DNA from: Eledone cirrhosa
Taxonomy: Eukaryota
Assembly (NCBI GenBank): GCA_964016885.1
Contig: OZ024741.1
Span: forward strand, 173,910,001-173,974,000
Direction of reading: 5' to 3'
Length of the DNA stretch: 64,000 nucleotides
Below are positions 1 to 12,010 of the stretch, one piece after another. The notes beneath the pieces are model-generated. The model saw only the letters and a program-made list of their open reading frames with translations. It had not been told where the DNA came from and did not search any database. The position numbers were made by a program, and so were the translations under genes. Position 1 is the first letter of the stretch. Each line of letters opens with the position of its first letter.

Positions 1-1019
1 ATTAATTAAAATTGTACCCATAGTGAAAAAAAATAAACATTAGATTAGCTTAATTCTGGTGAAGAATTAATCATTTGGTAATTTCCTTTAATTCTTTAAG
101 TGTCCAAAATGTATTGGTATATCATTTATTTTTCACTCCTTGCATGCCAAAATATCATACTGGTATATTTTAATATAGTTTGTGAAGCACGGGTCCAGAT
201 AGAGTATATAGATCAAAATGCAAAATATTTTGTGCAATTTGGGTTTGGGACAGTGAAATAACAAAAATAACACTGGCACTGAAAAGGTTAAGTTGTCATG
301 TCTATTTTCGTTTATTTACTCAGTTATCAAACATAGGAAAAACTGTTTTCTAGTATTTTTTTTGGCTCTTTGTGTTCTAAGTACAAATCCTGTTGAGGTC
401 AACTTTGCTTTTCATCCTTTCAAGGAAAAGGTGTCAGAGCCTAAACAAAATGCCTTGTGGTGGTTGTTTTAACTCTGTGCACTACAAGTTCAAATCCCAC
501 GAAGCTCATCCTTGACATTTATCCTTTTAGGGTTGATAAAATGAAGTATCTGTCCAAAACAATGGCTTGACAGAAATGTTAGTCCCTCACACCCTGAGCC
601 ATCATCATTTTATTTCAAGGACCACACTATTGCAAACAGTTTTGCAGTACAGCTTCTTGTTTGACAGTTTGGAAGCAGATTTTTCTTAGGTACCCATGGT
701 AAAAAAAAAATTATTGTTCATATTCATGTCTCCTTTGGATTAATCATTAAACAAACTAAGCACAGGCTTAGGGTGTCATGAGAAGGGAGCACCATTTTAT
801 AAGAATTGTATTTATCATTCCACAAACAAACAATGTTTTTTTGCAAATTTTATATATGAGGTACCATACAAGCATTTTATATATGGGGTACCATAATCTG
901 GCACTGATGTCTCCTTTTATTACTGGCCAGTATTCAGAACCATACATAAGAGCAGATTTAACATTGCTGTTATAGAATATTTGATAAAGTTGAACTGGCA
1001 GCTGATCTTAAACGTGACC

Positions 1020-1490
1020 CCAATCTGTTGTTGAGTGGAGCAAGAAATGGCTTGTTACCTTTAAAGCATCTGAGCCTGAATTGCTATCTTTTAATCACTA
1101 TAGAGAACCACTTTTGCCTTCTATTAGTATGGCTGATCATATCCTCCAAGAGAGCATCTCTTTGTCTGACATTTTCCAGAAATTTGAGCTGGAATGATTA
1201 TATCACATTGATTGCCAAGTCTGTTGCCCAGAAAATTGGTTCACTCTCTCATGCCAAAATATTTTTCACACCTGAAAATATATCTTTGCAAATCTACTAT
1301 TTGCCCTTGTAATGAGTACTGTTGCCACATCTGGTCTAATGCTTCTGTTATGCATCTTGAGAATCTAGATAAGATCCAAAGACAAATCATCAACATTATT
1401 GGTCCTGATTTATGTCAGCTTCAGTCACTATCACACTGTTAAAATGTTGCCCTGCTTTGCCTTTTTTAAATACTAGAATTGTTTTCCACA
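1020..1490 (+). mobile_element. Decayed 3' fragment of a CR1/L2/Jockey-group LINE
   Basis: Frameshifted ORFs read LTFSRNLSWNDYI...KSTICPCNEYCCHIWSNA...LDKIQRQIINIIG...LQSLSH, typical of the post-RT region of these LINEs. Confidence 0.65.
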
Positions 1491-1575
1491 CGCTGACGTG
1501 TTTGTGTATATGTGTGTGTGTGTAGATAGTACACACACAAGTGTGGTGAATGTTAGACGTTCTTTTCTGTAGTTT

Positions 1576-1903
1576 GTCATCACCCCTTCCTCAATCATCT
1601 CTAGTGTATGACATCACCACCCTTTCCTTCCTCAGTCATCTCTAGTGTGTGTGTGTGTGACATCACCCCTTCCTTCCTCAATCAACTCTAGTGTGTGACA
1701 TTGCCACCCCTTCCTTCTTCAGTCATCTCTAGTATGTGACGCCATCACCCCTTCCTTCCTCAATCATCTCTAGTGTGTTACGTCATCACACCTTCCTTCC
1801 TCAGTCATGTCTAGTGTGTGACATCACCACCCTTTCCTTCCTCAGTCATCTCTAGTGTGTGTGACATCACGCCTTCCTTCCTCAATCAACTTTAGTATGT
1901 GAC
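1576..1903. repeat. Minisatellite, ~41-bp unit, ~8 copies
   Basis: Repeats of catcacccc(t)tccttcctca(a/g)tcatctctagtgtgtga. Confidence 0.9.
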
Positions 1904-2446
1904 GAACAGACAGATGGAAGTCGCTCAAATTTATGTATAAATATTTTCATGGAAATTGTTCTGATGAGCTCTCCTCTTCGTTGCCTCATGTTCATGAGTT
2001 TAAACAGAGCACCAGATTGACAGCTATGTCTTGTACATTTACAGTTGAAATTCCTAAATGCAATCACTAATTTTATTCTGATAGTTTCTTTCCTTGCACA
2101 CCTTACCTATGGAAGTTTCTTTAAGCTTCTTGCTTTCCTGACCACTACAATTTGCAAAATTTGTAAAGCAACATCAATCATCATCTACTTTCTTCTTGGA
2201 TTATGTTCACTGTGTTTTATTCTTCTCCCATCTCAGTAACCCCCATGCATTTTAGTGGCTTTACTCTCTTGTTTGAGGTGAGTAAAAGAAAAAAAATGTC
2301 AACACTGACTTATTATATAATTAAAAAAATTATATATACTTCAATGTGTACGATTTTATTTGAAATGTAAAGTATATGAATTAAATATACAGTAGCCACT
2401 TCAAACTTGATAATATTTGCTTTATATCTACGCAAAGCAGCAGATT

Positions 2447-2474
2447 ATATATATATATATATATATATATACAT

Positions 2475-2533
<59 letters not shown>
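2447..2533. repeat. Compound (TA)n/(CA)n microsatellite, representative of many in the window
   Basis: Direct reading. Similar tracts at ~3215, 3310, 5180-5260, 35750, 36170, 41213, 57640 and 60573. Confidence 0.95.
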
Positions 2534-2538
<5 letters not shown>

Positions 2539-2864
2539 TCCTCTTAAAGCACAGTATAATTCTTGCAGAGCTATTTTTCAACAGAATAACCTTAGATATT
2601 TATTTATTGATTGGATAAATCACATAACCTAGTAAGTTTAAAGAGGTTATACTCCTAAATCAACAACAGTTAGAAACTATCACCTCACAGCTATCACAAG
2701 TGTAGAGACATCCATTAGTTTAGGTAGTGACATGCAGCTTATGTAATCAAATGATTGCATGATTGCTAGGCTATCTAGATAGCTTTAGTCATTGATTTTG
2801 TTATGTATATAAATATATATATGTATGAATGTATATATATATATATATATACATATATATATTT

Positions 2865-3072
2865 TACCGTGTAGGCAACACGGTAAAAACCTCCCAGCCC
2901 CACACTGTAAATGTGGTTGGTGTTAGGAAGGGCATCCAGCTGTAGAAAACCCGCCAGACAGTCCTATGCGAGCAAGACAACCACTCTTGCCTCAAGTGGG
3001 AAAACCCCCATCCAAACCCATGCAAGCGTGGAACACGGACGCTAAACCTGATGATGATGATGATGATGATGA
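2865..3072 (+). mobile_element. RTE family A 3'-terminal fragment ending in (GAT)n
   Basis: Nearly identical to 8231-8428, the 3' end of the RTE at 5261-8430, and flanked by (TA)n. Similar fragments at 35825-36167 (+) and 30053-30350 (-). Confidence 0.8.
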
Positions 3073-3209
3073 TATATATATATATATACAGGAGTATATA
3101 TGTATTGTTGAGCGCTTTACATTATAACTGAAAAATGGAATATATATATATATATATTGTTATACTTTGGGAGGGTCATGTTGCCAATAAGAAACGAAAT
3201 TCAGAAACG

Positions 3210-3245
<36 letters not shown>

Positions 3246-3306
3246 GTAGTTTAGAAACTACGTATTTTACATATTTCACAATGCTTCAAGCAAACTTTAA
3301 CACCCT

Positions 3307-3368
<62 letters not shown>

Positions 3369-3586
3369 CATACACACATACACACATATTATATCATTTT
3401 TTTACGTCCATTTACCCATTCGTGTGTGGGTTAGACAAGTCCTCTTCACCACACATAGCATCTCTGCACTTTGTGTGTGTGTACATCCATCCTTCCATCT
3501 ACCCATCTATATATAAATCCATCTACGTACCTATCTATCTATTAATTCATCTATTTACCCCCTCTCTCCACATACACTTTTATGTA

Positions 3587-3767
3587 TGGCAGTATCGGTA
3601 GAGGGTCTGACACCATGCTTTCCAGCATAGTTACGTCCCTTTACGATCTGAGTTCAAATCCCGCCGAGGTTGACTTTGCCTTTCATCCTTACGGGGTCGA
3701 TAAAATAAAGTACCAGTAATGCACTGGGTAATTGCTGGCCTTGTGCCTAAAGTAGAAACAATTATTA
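3587..3767 (+). mobile_element. tRNA-derived SINE with a Meta/MESC-like central domain
   Basis: A-box-like tggcagtatcggtag, B-box gagttcaaatcc, core gaggttgactttgcctttcatccttacggggtcgataaaataaagtaccag, and an (ATT)n tail. Other copies at 15368, 18320, 28597-29140 and 51060. The domain name is from memory. Confidence 0.8.
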
Positions 3768-3803
3768 ACAAATACACTTTGTTTTTAAGACTCATGTTAT
3801 CAT

Positions 3804-3876
3804 ATAATTGTTTCTACTTTAGGCACAAGGCCAGCAATTACCCAGTGCATTACTGGTACTTTATTTTATCGACCCC
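3804..3876 (-). mobile_element. 5'-truncated copy of the same SINE with a 16-bp TSD
   Basis: Exact reverse complement of 3693-3765. catgttatcatataat occurs at 3793-3808 and 3876-3891. Confidence 0.9.
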
Positions 3877-4474
3877 ATGTTATCATATAATGTAGTGTTG
3901 GACTTCATAGTTGTAAAATCTCCATTAGATTAGGAAGAGGAAGGATGATGAGAGGCATGCATTTAGATGAGTCATGTTATATCAAATATTCTCCCCAAAC
4001 TATGAAATTACCATCCATAGTTTGATATATATATATCCTCTGAAAAATTACTCAAGAGCAAAGAGCAAACAGTATAAATATTTTGGAAGGAAAACAGTGA
4101 AATTATTTTAGTTTGTTGTTTGTGTACATAGCCTTAGATGTGATAGATCTCATGATAGCTTTTGCCGTTTTAGTAGCAGTGATGGTGGTGGTGGTGGTGG
4201 TGTTGTTGTTGTTGGTGTGGTGGCGGTGTTGGTGGTGTTGGCGGTGTTGTTGTTGTTGTTGGTGTGGTGGCGGTGTTGGTGGTGTGGTGGCGGTGTTGGC
4301 GGTGTTGGTGGTGTTGGTGGTGTTGGTGGTGGTTCTTCACTAGCAGATGATAGATTTGATGTTAAAATTATCTTCTGTATTGCAGAAGCTACAGTGCAAA
4401 ATTAACAGAAAGGTATCATTGGGATATACATGTATGTGTGTATGTACATGTTTGTGTATTTGTGTGTGTGTGTG

Positions 4475-4515
<41 letters not shown>

Positions 4516-4546
4516 ATATGCATATATATACATATATATATATATG

Positions 4547-5181
4547 TGTCGGGGGTCACTGTTGGGTGCTACTGGTAACATGTAACCCAGTACAACCCGT
4601 CGCATGGTCGGGTCGTCGGCGATTAAACCGGCAACCCCTGCCCCCCAAGTTTACTTGGCGAGGAGGGTGATTTTGGACACCCTGCAGGACAAAGAACAAA
4701 ACCTGACAAATGGCGGAAGAACTCATAAGAGTCAACGGCCATCCAAAAGTCTGTAAATATATATATACACATGTACATATGTATGTATATGTTTATGTGT
4801 AAAATACATAGGTGCATGTGTATGTATATGCGCGGGGACATAGAAATAGTCGGGCTGGACACCCGATCGCACGGTTAAACCACTGGGAGTGAAGGACGCC
4901 TAGCCTTTGTCAGGGCATTCTTCTAGGAGCAGGCAACTCAGGAAACTTGGATAACTCTGATATAAAACCTGCGGCTCAGTAGTTACCGATGATGTTGATC
5001 TTTTCTTCTTTTCGGGTTATAGCTACTGTCGCTCAGGGAGTGGGATTGGCTCAGTGCACAGTCTTTCCTCACTTTAAAAAATATCTTCACGCACAGGCAT
5101 TGCAGGATAGAATTCATTAATAATTATTAATAATGGTATATCGTGCAATGGCCATACTCGATAACGAGGGGGCAGCCATCA
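4547..5181 (+). mobile_element. Non-autonomous RTE-derived element (family B2)
   Basis: Colinear with 20298-20861, including the internal TA-rich tract. Ends gcagccatc followed by a microsatellite. Confidence 0.7.
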
Positions 5182-5221
5182 TATATATATATATATATAT
5201 ATTTATCTTAATTTTGGATAT

Positions 5222-5260
<39 letters not shown>

Positions 5261-5265
<5 letters not shown>

Positions 5266-8200
5266 ATTAAAATACGACTTGTCCTCAATAGAACTACGGT
5301 GACAGTAATATCTGCGTACGCACCCCAATCCGGACTGCCCGGCACTATAAAAGACAGATTCTATGAGACACTGATGCTAACTACCTCCCAAATATCCGAC
5401 AGTGACTATATAATTATTGCAGGCGACCTAAATGGTCACGTTGGACAACATTGTGACGGCTACGACGAAATCCATGGAGGCTATGGGTTTGGTACTAGAA
5501 ATGAGGAAGGCTCCAGAATCCTGGAATTCTGTGATGCAAATAACCTAACTATCTGTAACACTAACTTCAAAAAACGTGACAATCACCTGATCACCTATAG
5601 ATCCGGGGAACACACAAGCCAGGTAGATTATATCCTTACCAGAAGACGTGACAGAGTGTCTGTTGTAAACACTAAATCACTCCCCCATGAAGAATGCACC
5701 TCCCAACATAGACTGATAATTAGCGACCTCATAGTCAGGACGAGACGTACTCGACAACAGAAGAGGACTATCCTCAGAAGAAAAATATTGAAGCTAAAGG
5801 ACCCCACAGCCAGGAATAAATTTCAAAGCATATTACTTGATGCTTTCGACAGTAAGGAAGAACTTTTAGAGTCGGACAATATAGAGGGAGAGTGGGAATT
5901 TCTGAAAGCAAACCTGCTGTTGGCGACAGACGAAGTCTGTGGCTGGAGCAGGCCTGTAGGCAGGAGGAGAGTAACATGGTGGTGGAACAGTAAGGTGGAG
6001 GGGTCAATTAAGGCCAAAAAGCAGGCTTGGAAAGTATGGCGGGATGGGGGAAGTAGAGAAGACTATCAAGTGGCCAGGAGGGAAGCTAGGAGACAAGTGT
6101 ACTTAGCAAGAAGGGAAGCTGAGGAAAGAAAGTTCAAGCATGTTCTACAACGCGATGACCAAAAACGTGAGGTGTTCAGGATTGCTAGGCAATGCGTCAA
6201 GGAAAACCGTGATATTGTCGGGGAGAAGTGTGTACTAAACGACGATGGCACACTTGCCATCACCGACGCTGATAAGAAGGTAGCTTGGAAGTGTCACTAT
6301 GAAAGGCTACTAAATGAGGAGAATAAATGGGAGAAAGACAGTCTCCCCCATATCGACCCAATAGAGGGACCAGCAGTGTTAGTCGAGGGGAGTATGATAA
6401 GTAAGGCAATCAAGGATATGAAGACGGGTAAGGCGGCTGGGCCTTCGGAAATAGTTGCTGAGATGCTGAAGGCATCTGGCACGGTGGGACACACCATGGT
6501 CATCCGCATAGTTAACCAAGTCGTACAGAATGGGGTTGTTCCGAAGGACTGGCATAGCAGCATCGTCGTTAACTGTTATAAGGGTAAAGGAGATGCCCTA
6601 GATAGGAGTAACTATTGAGGCATTAAATTAATCGACCAGGTCATGAAGGTCACGGAAAAAGTAATAGCACAACTAATCAGAGAGAGAATTGACCTAGATG
6701 AAATGCAGTTCGGGTTTGTGTCAGGCAAAAGTACCACAGACGCTCTTTTCATTGTACGACAACTACAGGAGAAGTACCTAGCTAAAGGTAAACCCCTCTA
6801 CTTAGCTTTTGTCGACTTGGAGAAAGCCTTCGACAGAGTCCCCCGCTCCATTATCTGGTGGGCTCTTAGAAAACTAGGCATTGACGAATGGCTTGTGAGA
6901 GCTATACAAGCCATGTATAAAGAAACAGTCAGCAAGGTTAGAATTAACAACGAATATAGTGAAGAGTTTAGCGTAAAAGTTGGTGTCCATCAGGGCTCTG
7001 TTCTCAGCCCCCTACTATTTATTATTGCCCTTCAGGCTATAACGGAGGAGTTCAAGACCGGCTGCCCATAGGAACTCCTATACGCAGACGACCTGACACT
7101 CATAGCGGAATCAATGGCCAAGCTAGAGAAGAAATTCCAAACATAGAAGCACGGCCTAGAATCAAAAGGCCTTAAAATTAACCTGGCTAAGACTAAAGTT
7201 CTAGTTTGTAGGAAAGAAAATAAGGCGGCGGTCCCTTCAGGGAAATGGTCGTGCTCGGTGTGTAGGAAAGGCGTAGGTAGAAACTCCATTTTATGTCCTA
7301 AATGCAAAGTATGGGTGCATAAAAGATGTAGTGGGATCACAGGTAAGCTAACTAAGAACATAGATTTTACATGTGGCCAGTGCTCTGGTGCAATAAGTAG
7401 CAGCAAGTGCCCACAAAATACTAGCTCTTTCAATTGCGCAGAGGGTTCTATAGAAATAGTGGACAGCTTCCGTTACCTGGGTGATAAAATCAGCAGTGGG
7501 GGAGGGTGCTCTGAAAGTACAGTAGCTAGAGTCAGAACTGGTTGGAAAAAGTTCAGAGAGCTTATACCACTATTAGCCGCTAAAGGGTTCTCCCTAAAAA
7601 TGAAAGGCAGGTTGTACGATGCCTGCATACGAACAGCAATGCTGCATGGCAGTGAGACCAGGGCATTGTGTGCAGAGGATATACGCAGACTAGAGAGGAA
7701 CGAAGCTTGCATGCTCCGCTGGATGTGTAACAGTAATATACGTGAACGGCAAAGCATAAACGAACTAAGGAAAAAGTTAGAAATAAGAGGGATCAGATGT
7801 TGTTTACTCGAGAGAAGGCTACGTTGGTATGGACACGTGATGCGCATGAAAGTTGATAGCTGTATAACAAAGTGCAGGGCAATAAAGATAGATGGTAGCC
7901 ACGGAATAGGCAGACCTAGAAAAACCTGGGACGAGCTAATAAACTCTGACCTCACACACTTACACCTCTCCAAGACAATGTCACTGGACCGAGACCTTTG
8001 GCGGTACTCAGTAACAGAGAAGACCCGCCTTACCTAAATACATAGTAAAACCTACTACAACCAGTAGGCATCTCTAACAAAATACCCCCCCCCCCGTCCC
8101 ACCACCCCCACCCCATCCACGCCACCCCGTTCTATGTAAAGTTGTGTTGGTGCCACACCATCCAGGCCGAAACAAATGAGATCGTGTAGGTGTCACAACA

Positions 8201-8430
8201 AAAAAACACACAGTCCACGCTGTAATGTGGCCGTGTAGGCAACACGGTAAAAACCTCCCAGACCCACACTGTAAATGTGGTTGGTGTTAGGAAGGGCATC
8301 CAACTGTAGAAAACCTGCCAGACAGTCCTATGCGAGCAAGACAATCACTCTTGCCTCAAGTGGGACTACCCCCGTCCAAACCCATGCAAGCGTGGAACAC
8401 GGACATTAAACGTTGATGATGATGATGATA
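5261..8430 (+). mobile_element. RTE-clade LINE, family A: 5'-truncated APE-RT ORF with three in-frame stops
   Basis: APE motifs SAYAPQ, GDLNGH, VDYIL, HRL. RT motifs FVDLEKAFD, VHQGSVLSP, YADD, FRYLG. C-terminal RRLRWYGHV...GRPRKTW. Stops at 6616, 7069 and 7144 all in one frame. (GAT)n tail. Confidence 0.95.
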
Positions 8431-8914
8431 TGTACCTCTGCATGTGTGAATGTATGTACATACATACATACACGCACACACATATATATATATATGCAAA
8501 ACAATTGATATGGCAAAAAGCACCTAGTTCGTACTGTAAATGTGGTTGGGGTTAGGAAGGGTATCCAGCCATAGAAACCAAACAAGAAACAGTTTTGTAT
8601 GAGCAAGACATGGTCAGCTGATCTGGCTTGTTTCACAATGGGATAACTCATCTAACCCATGCTAGCGTCGGAAAAATCGATATTAAATGGTTATGATGGT
8701 GATGATGCTGATGATGATGTTAATGATGATGACACACACACATACACACGCTGTAAGGTGGTAGTGTATGATAAAATGCTCCCAATACATGCAGTAAAGG
8801 AGTTGGTATTAGGAAGGACATCCAGCCATATAAACCATGCCAAAAATGAGAGCATATTAGTAAGATATGGTCACCTGACTGATCTAGCCTCAAAATGTGA
8901 CAATCTGACAAACC

Positions 8915-11900
8915 CACATCATCAGAACTGGAATACTGGTATAGTGGGATATAGTTACACATTATCAGAAGTGGAATACTGGGATGGTGGGATATAGTTA
9001 TACATTATCAGAAGTGGAATATTGGTATGGTGGGATATAGTTACACATTATCAGAAGTGGAATACTGGTATGGTGGGATATAGTTATACATTATCAGAAG
9101 TGGAATACTGGTATAGTGGGATATAGTTACACATTATCAGAAGTGGAATACTGGTATGGTGGGATATAGTTACACATTATCAGAACTGGAATACTGATAT
9201 GGTGGGATATAGTTACACATTATCAGAAGTGGAATACTGGTATGGTGGGATATAGTTACACATTATCAGAAGTGGAATACTGGTATGGTGGGATATAGTT
9301 ATACATTATCAGAACTGGAATACTGGTATGGTGGGATATAGTTACACATTATCAGAAGTGGAATACTGGTATGGTGGGATATAGTTATACATTATCAGAA
9401 CTGGAATACTGGTATGGTGGGATATAGTTATACATTATCAGAACTGGAATACTGGTATGGTGGGATATAGTTACACATCATCAGAACTGGAATATTGGTA
9501 TAGTGGGATATAGTTACACATTATCAGAACTGGCATACTGGTATGGTGGGATATAGTTACACATTATCAGAACTGGAATACTGGTATGGTGGGATATAGT
9601 TATACATCATCAGAAGTGGAATACTGGGATGGTGGGATATAGTTATACATTATCAGAAGTGGAATACTGGTATAGTGGGATATAGTTACACATTATCAGA
9701 AGTGGAATACTGGTATGGTGGGATATAGTTACACATTATCAGAACTGGAATATTGGTATGGTGGGATATAGTTACACATTATCAAAACTGGAATACTGGT
9801 ATAGTGGGATATAGTTACACATTATCAGAAGTGGAATACTGGTATGGTGGGATATAGTTACACATTATCAGAACTGGAATACTGGGATGGTGGGATATAG
9901 TTACACATTATCAGAACTGGAATAGTGGAATGATGGGATATAGTTACACATTATCAGAACTGGAATACTGGTATGGTGGGATACAGTTACACATTATCAG
10001 AAGTGGAATACTGGTATGGTGGGATATAGTTATACATTATCAGAACTGGAATACTGGTATACTGGGATATAGTTACACATTATCAAAACTGGAATACTGG
10101 TATAGTGGGATATAGTTACACATTATCAGAAGTGGAATACTGGTATGGTGGGATATAGTTACACATTATCAGAACTGGAATACTGGTATAGTGGGATATA
10201 GTTACACATTATCAGAAGTGGAATACTGGTATGGTGGGATATAGTTACACATTATCAGAAGTGGAATACTGGTATGGTGGGATATAGTTACACATTATCA
10301 GAACTGGAATACTGGTATAGTGGGATATAGTTACACATTATCAGAAGTGGAATACTGGTATGGTGGGATATAGTTACACATTATCAGAAGTGGAATACTG
10401 GTATAGTGGGATATAGTTACACATTATCAGAACTGGAATACTGGTATAGTGGGATATAGTTACACATTATCAGAACTGGAATAGTGGAATGATGGGATAT
10501 AGTTACACATTATCAGAACTGGAATACTGGGATGGTGGGATATAGTTACACATTATCAGAACTGGAATACTGGTATGGTGGGATATAGTTATACATTATC
10601 AGAACTGGAATACTGGTATAGTGGGATATAGTTACACATTTTCAGAACTGGAATAGTGGAATGATGGGATATAGTTATACATTATCAGAACTGGAATACT
10701 GGTATAGTGGGATATAGTTACACATTATCAGAACTGGAATAGTGGAATGATGGGATATAGTTATACATTATCAGAACTGGAATACTGGTATAGTGGGATA
10801 TAGTTACACATTATCAGAACTGGAATAGTGGAATGATGGGATATAGTTACACATTATCAGAACTGGAATACTGGGATGGTGGGATATAGTTACACATTAT
10901 CAGAACTGGAATACTGGTATGGTGGGATATAGTTATACATTATCAGAACTGGAATACTGGTATAGTGGGATATAGTTACACATTATCAGAACTGGAATAG
11001 TGGAATGATGGGATATAGTTACACGTTATCAGAACTGGAATACTGGTATGGTGGGATACAGTTACACATTATCAGAAGTGGAATACTGGTATGGTGGGAT
11101 ATAGTTACACATTATCAGAACTGGAATACTGGGATGGTGGGATATAGCTACACATTATCAGAACTGGAATACTGGTATAGTGGGATATAGTTATACATTA
11201 TCAGAAGTCGAATACTGGTATAGTGGGATATAGTTATACATTATCAGAAGTGGAATACTGGTATGGTGGGATATAGTTACACATTATCAGAACTGGAATA
11301 CTGGTATGGTGGGATATAGTTATACATCATCATAACTGGAATACTGGTATGGTGGGATATAGTTATACATTATCAGAACTGGTATAATGGTATGGTGGGA
11401 TATAGTTACACATTATCAGAAGTGGAATACTGGTATGGTGGGATATAGTTACACATTATCAGAAGTGGAATACTGGTATGGTGGGATATAGTTATACATT
11501 ATCAGAAGTGGAATACTAGTATAGTGGGATATAGTTATACATTATCAGAAGTGGAATACTGGTATTATGGGATATAGTCAAATATTTTTGATATTTGAAT
11601 ACCAGGAAGGTGGGATATAGTCAAACATTGTTAGTCCTGGGATAGCAGGTTGGTGGGATGTAGTAAAACATTGTTGGTACTGGGATAGCAGACTAGTAGA
11701 TATAGTCACACATTGTTGGTACTGGAATACTGAGATGGTGAGATATGGTGAATCATTGTTAGTACTGGTATATCAAGATAATGGGATACAGTCCAACATT
11801 GTCAGGATTGGAATACTAGGATGGTAGGATATAGTCATTGTTGATATTAGAATATTAGGGTGGTGAGATATAGTGAAATATTGTTGATAGTGTAATGCCA

Positions 11901-12010
11901 GGTTGATGGGATATAGTGAATCAGTTAGAACTGGAATATCAAGATGGAGTATAATCAAACATTGTTGGTACTGGGATACTGGGTAGCAAGATATAATGAA
12001 ACATTGTAGG
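8915..12010. repeat. 43-bp tandem satellite (~62 homogeneous units to ~11580, then ~10 degenerate units)
   Basis: Unit cattatcagaa(c/g)tggaatactggtat(g/a)gtgggatatagtta(c/t)a. The period is confirmed by 8961 to 9004. Confidence 0.97.

Noticed and set aside
551-600. Possible SPEF2 exon 1 (CPKQWLDRNVSP)
   Set aside because: There is an upstream in-frame stop, no ATG, no suitable donor, and it adjoins a SINE remnant.
3587-3665. tRNA genes
   Set aside because: The A and B boxes belong to SINE heads that continue into SINE body and tail, and no full cloverleaf is present.
4547-4650. HDV-like, twister or pistol ribozyme in the family B head
   Set aside because: Hairpins are present, but I could not fit the required pseudoknots or catalytic residues by eye.
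4113-4670. Gly/Val/Cys-rich ORFs, and similar ORFs at 2381-2632, 26385-26810, 35749-36006 and 51823-52335
   Set aside because: These are translations of (GGT)n, (GT)n and (TA)n simple repeats.
8915-11580. CRISPR array interpretation of the 43-bp repeat
   Set aside because: Units are contiguous with no unique spacers, there are no cas genes, and the context is eukaryotic.
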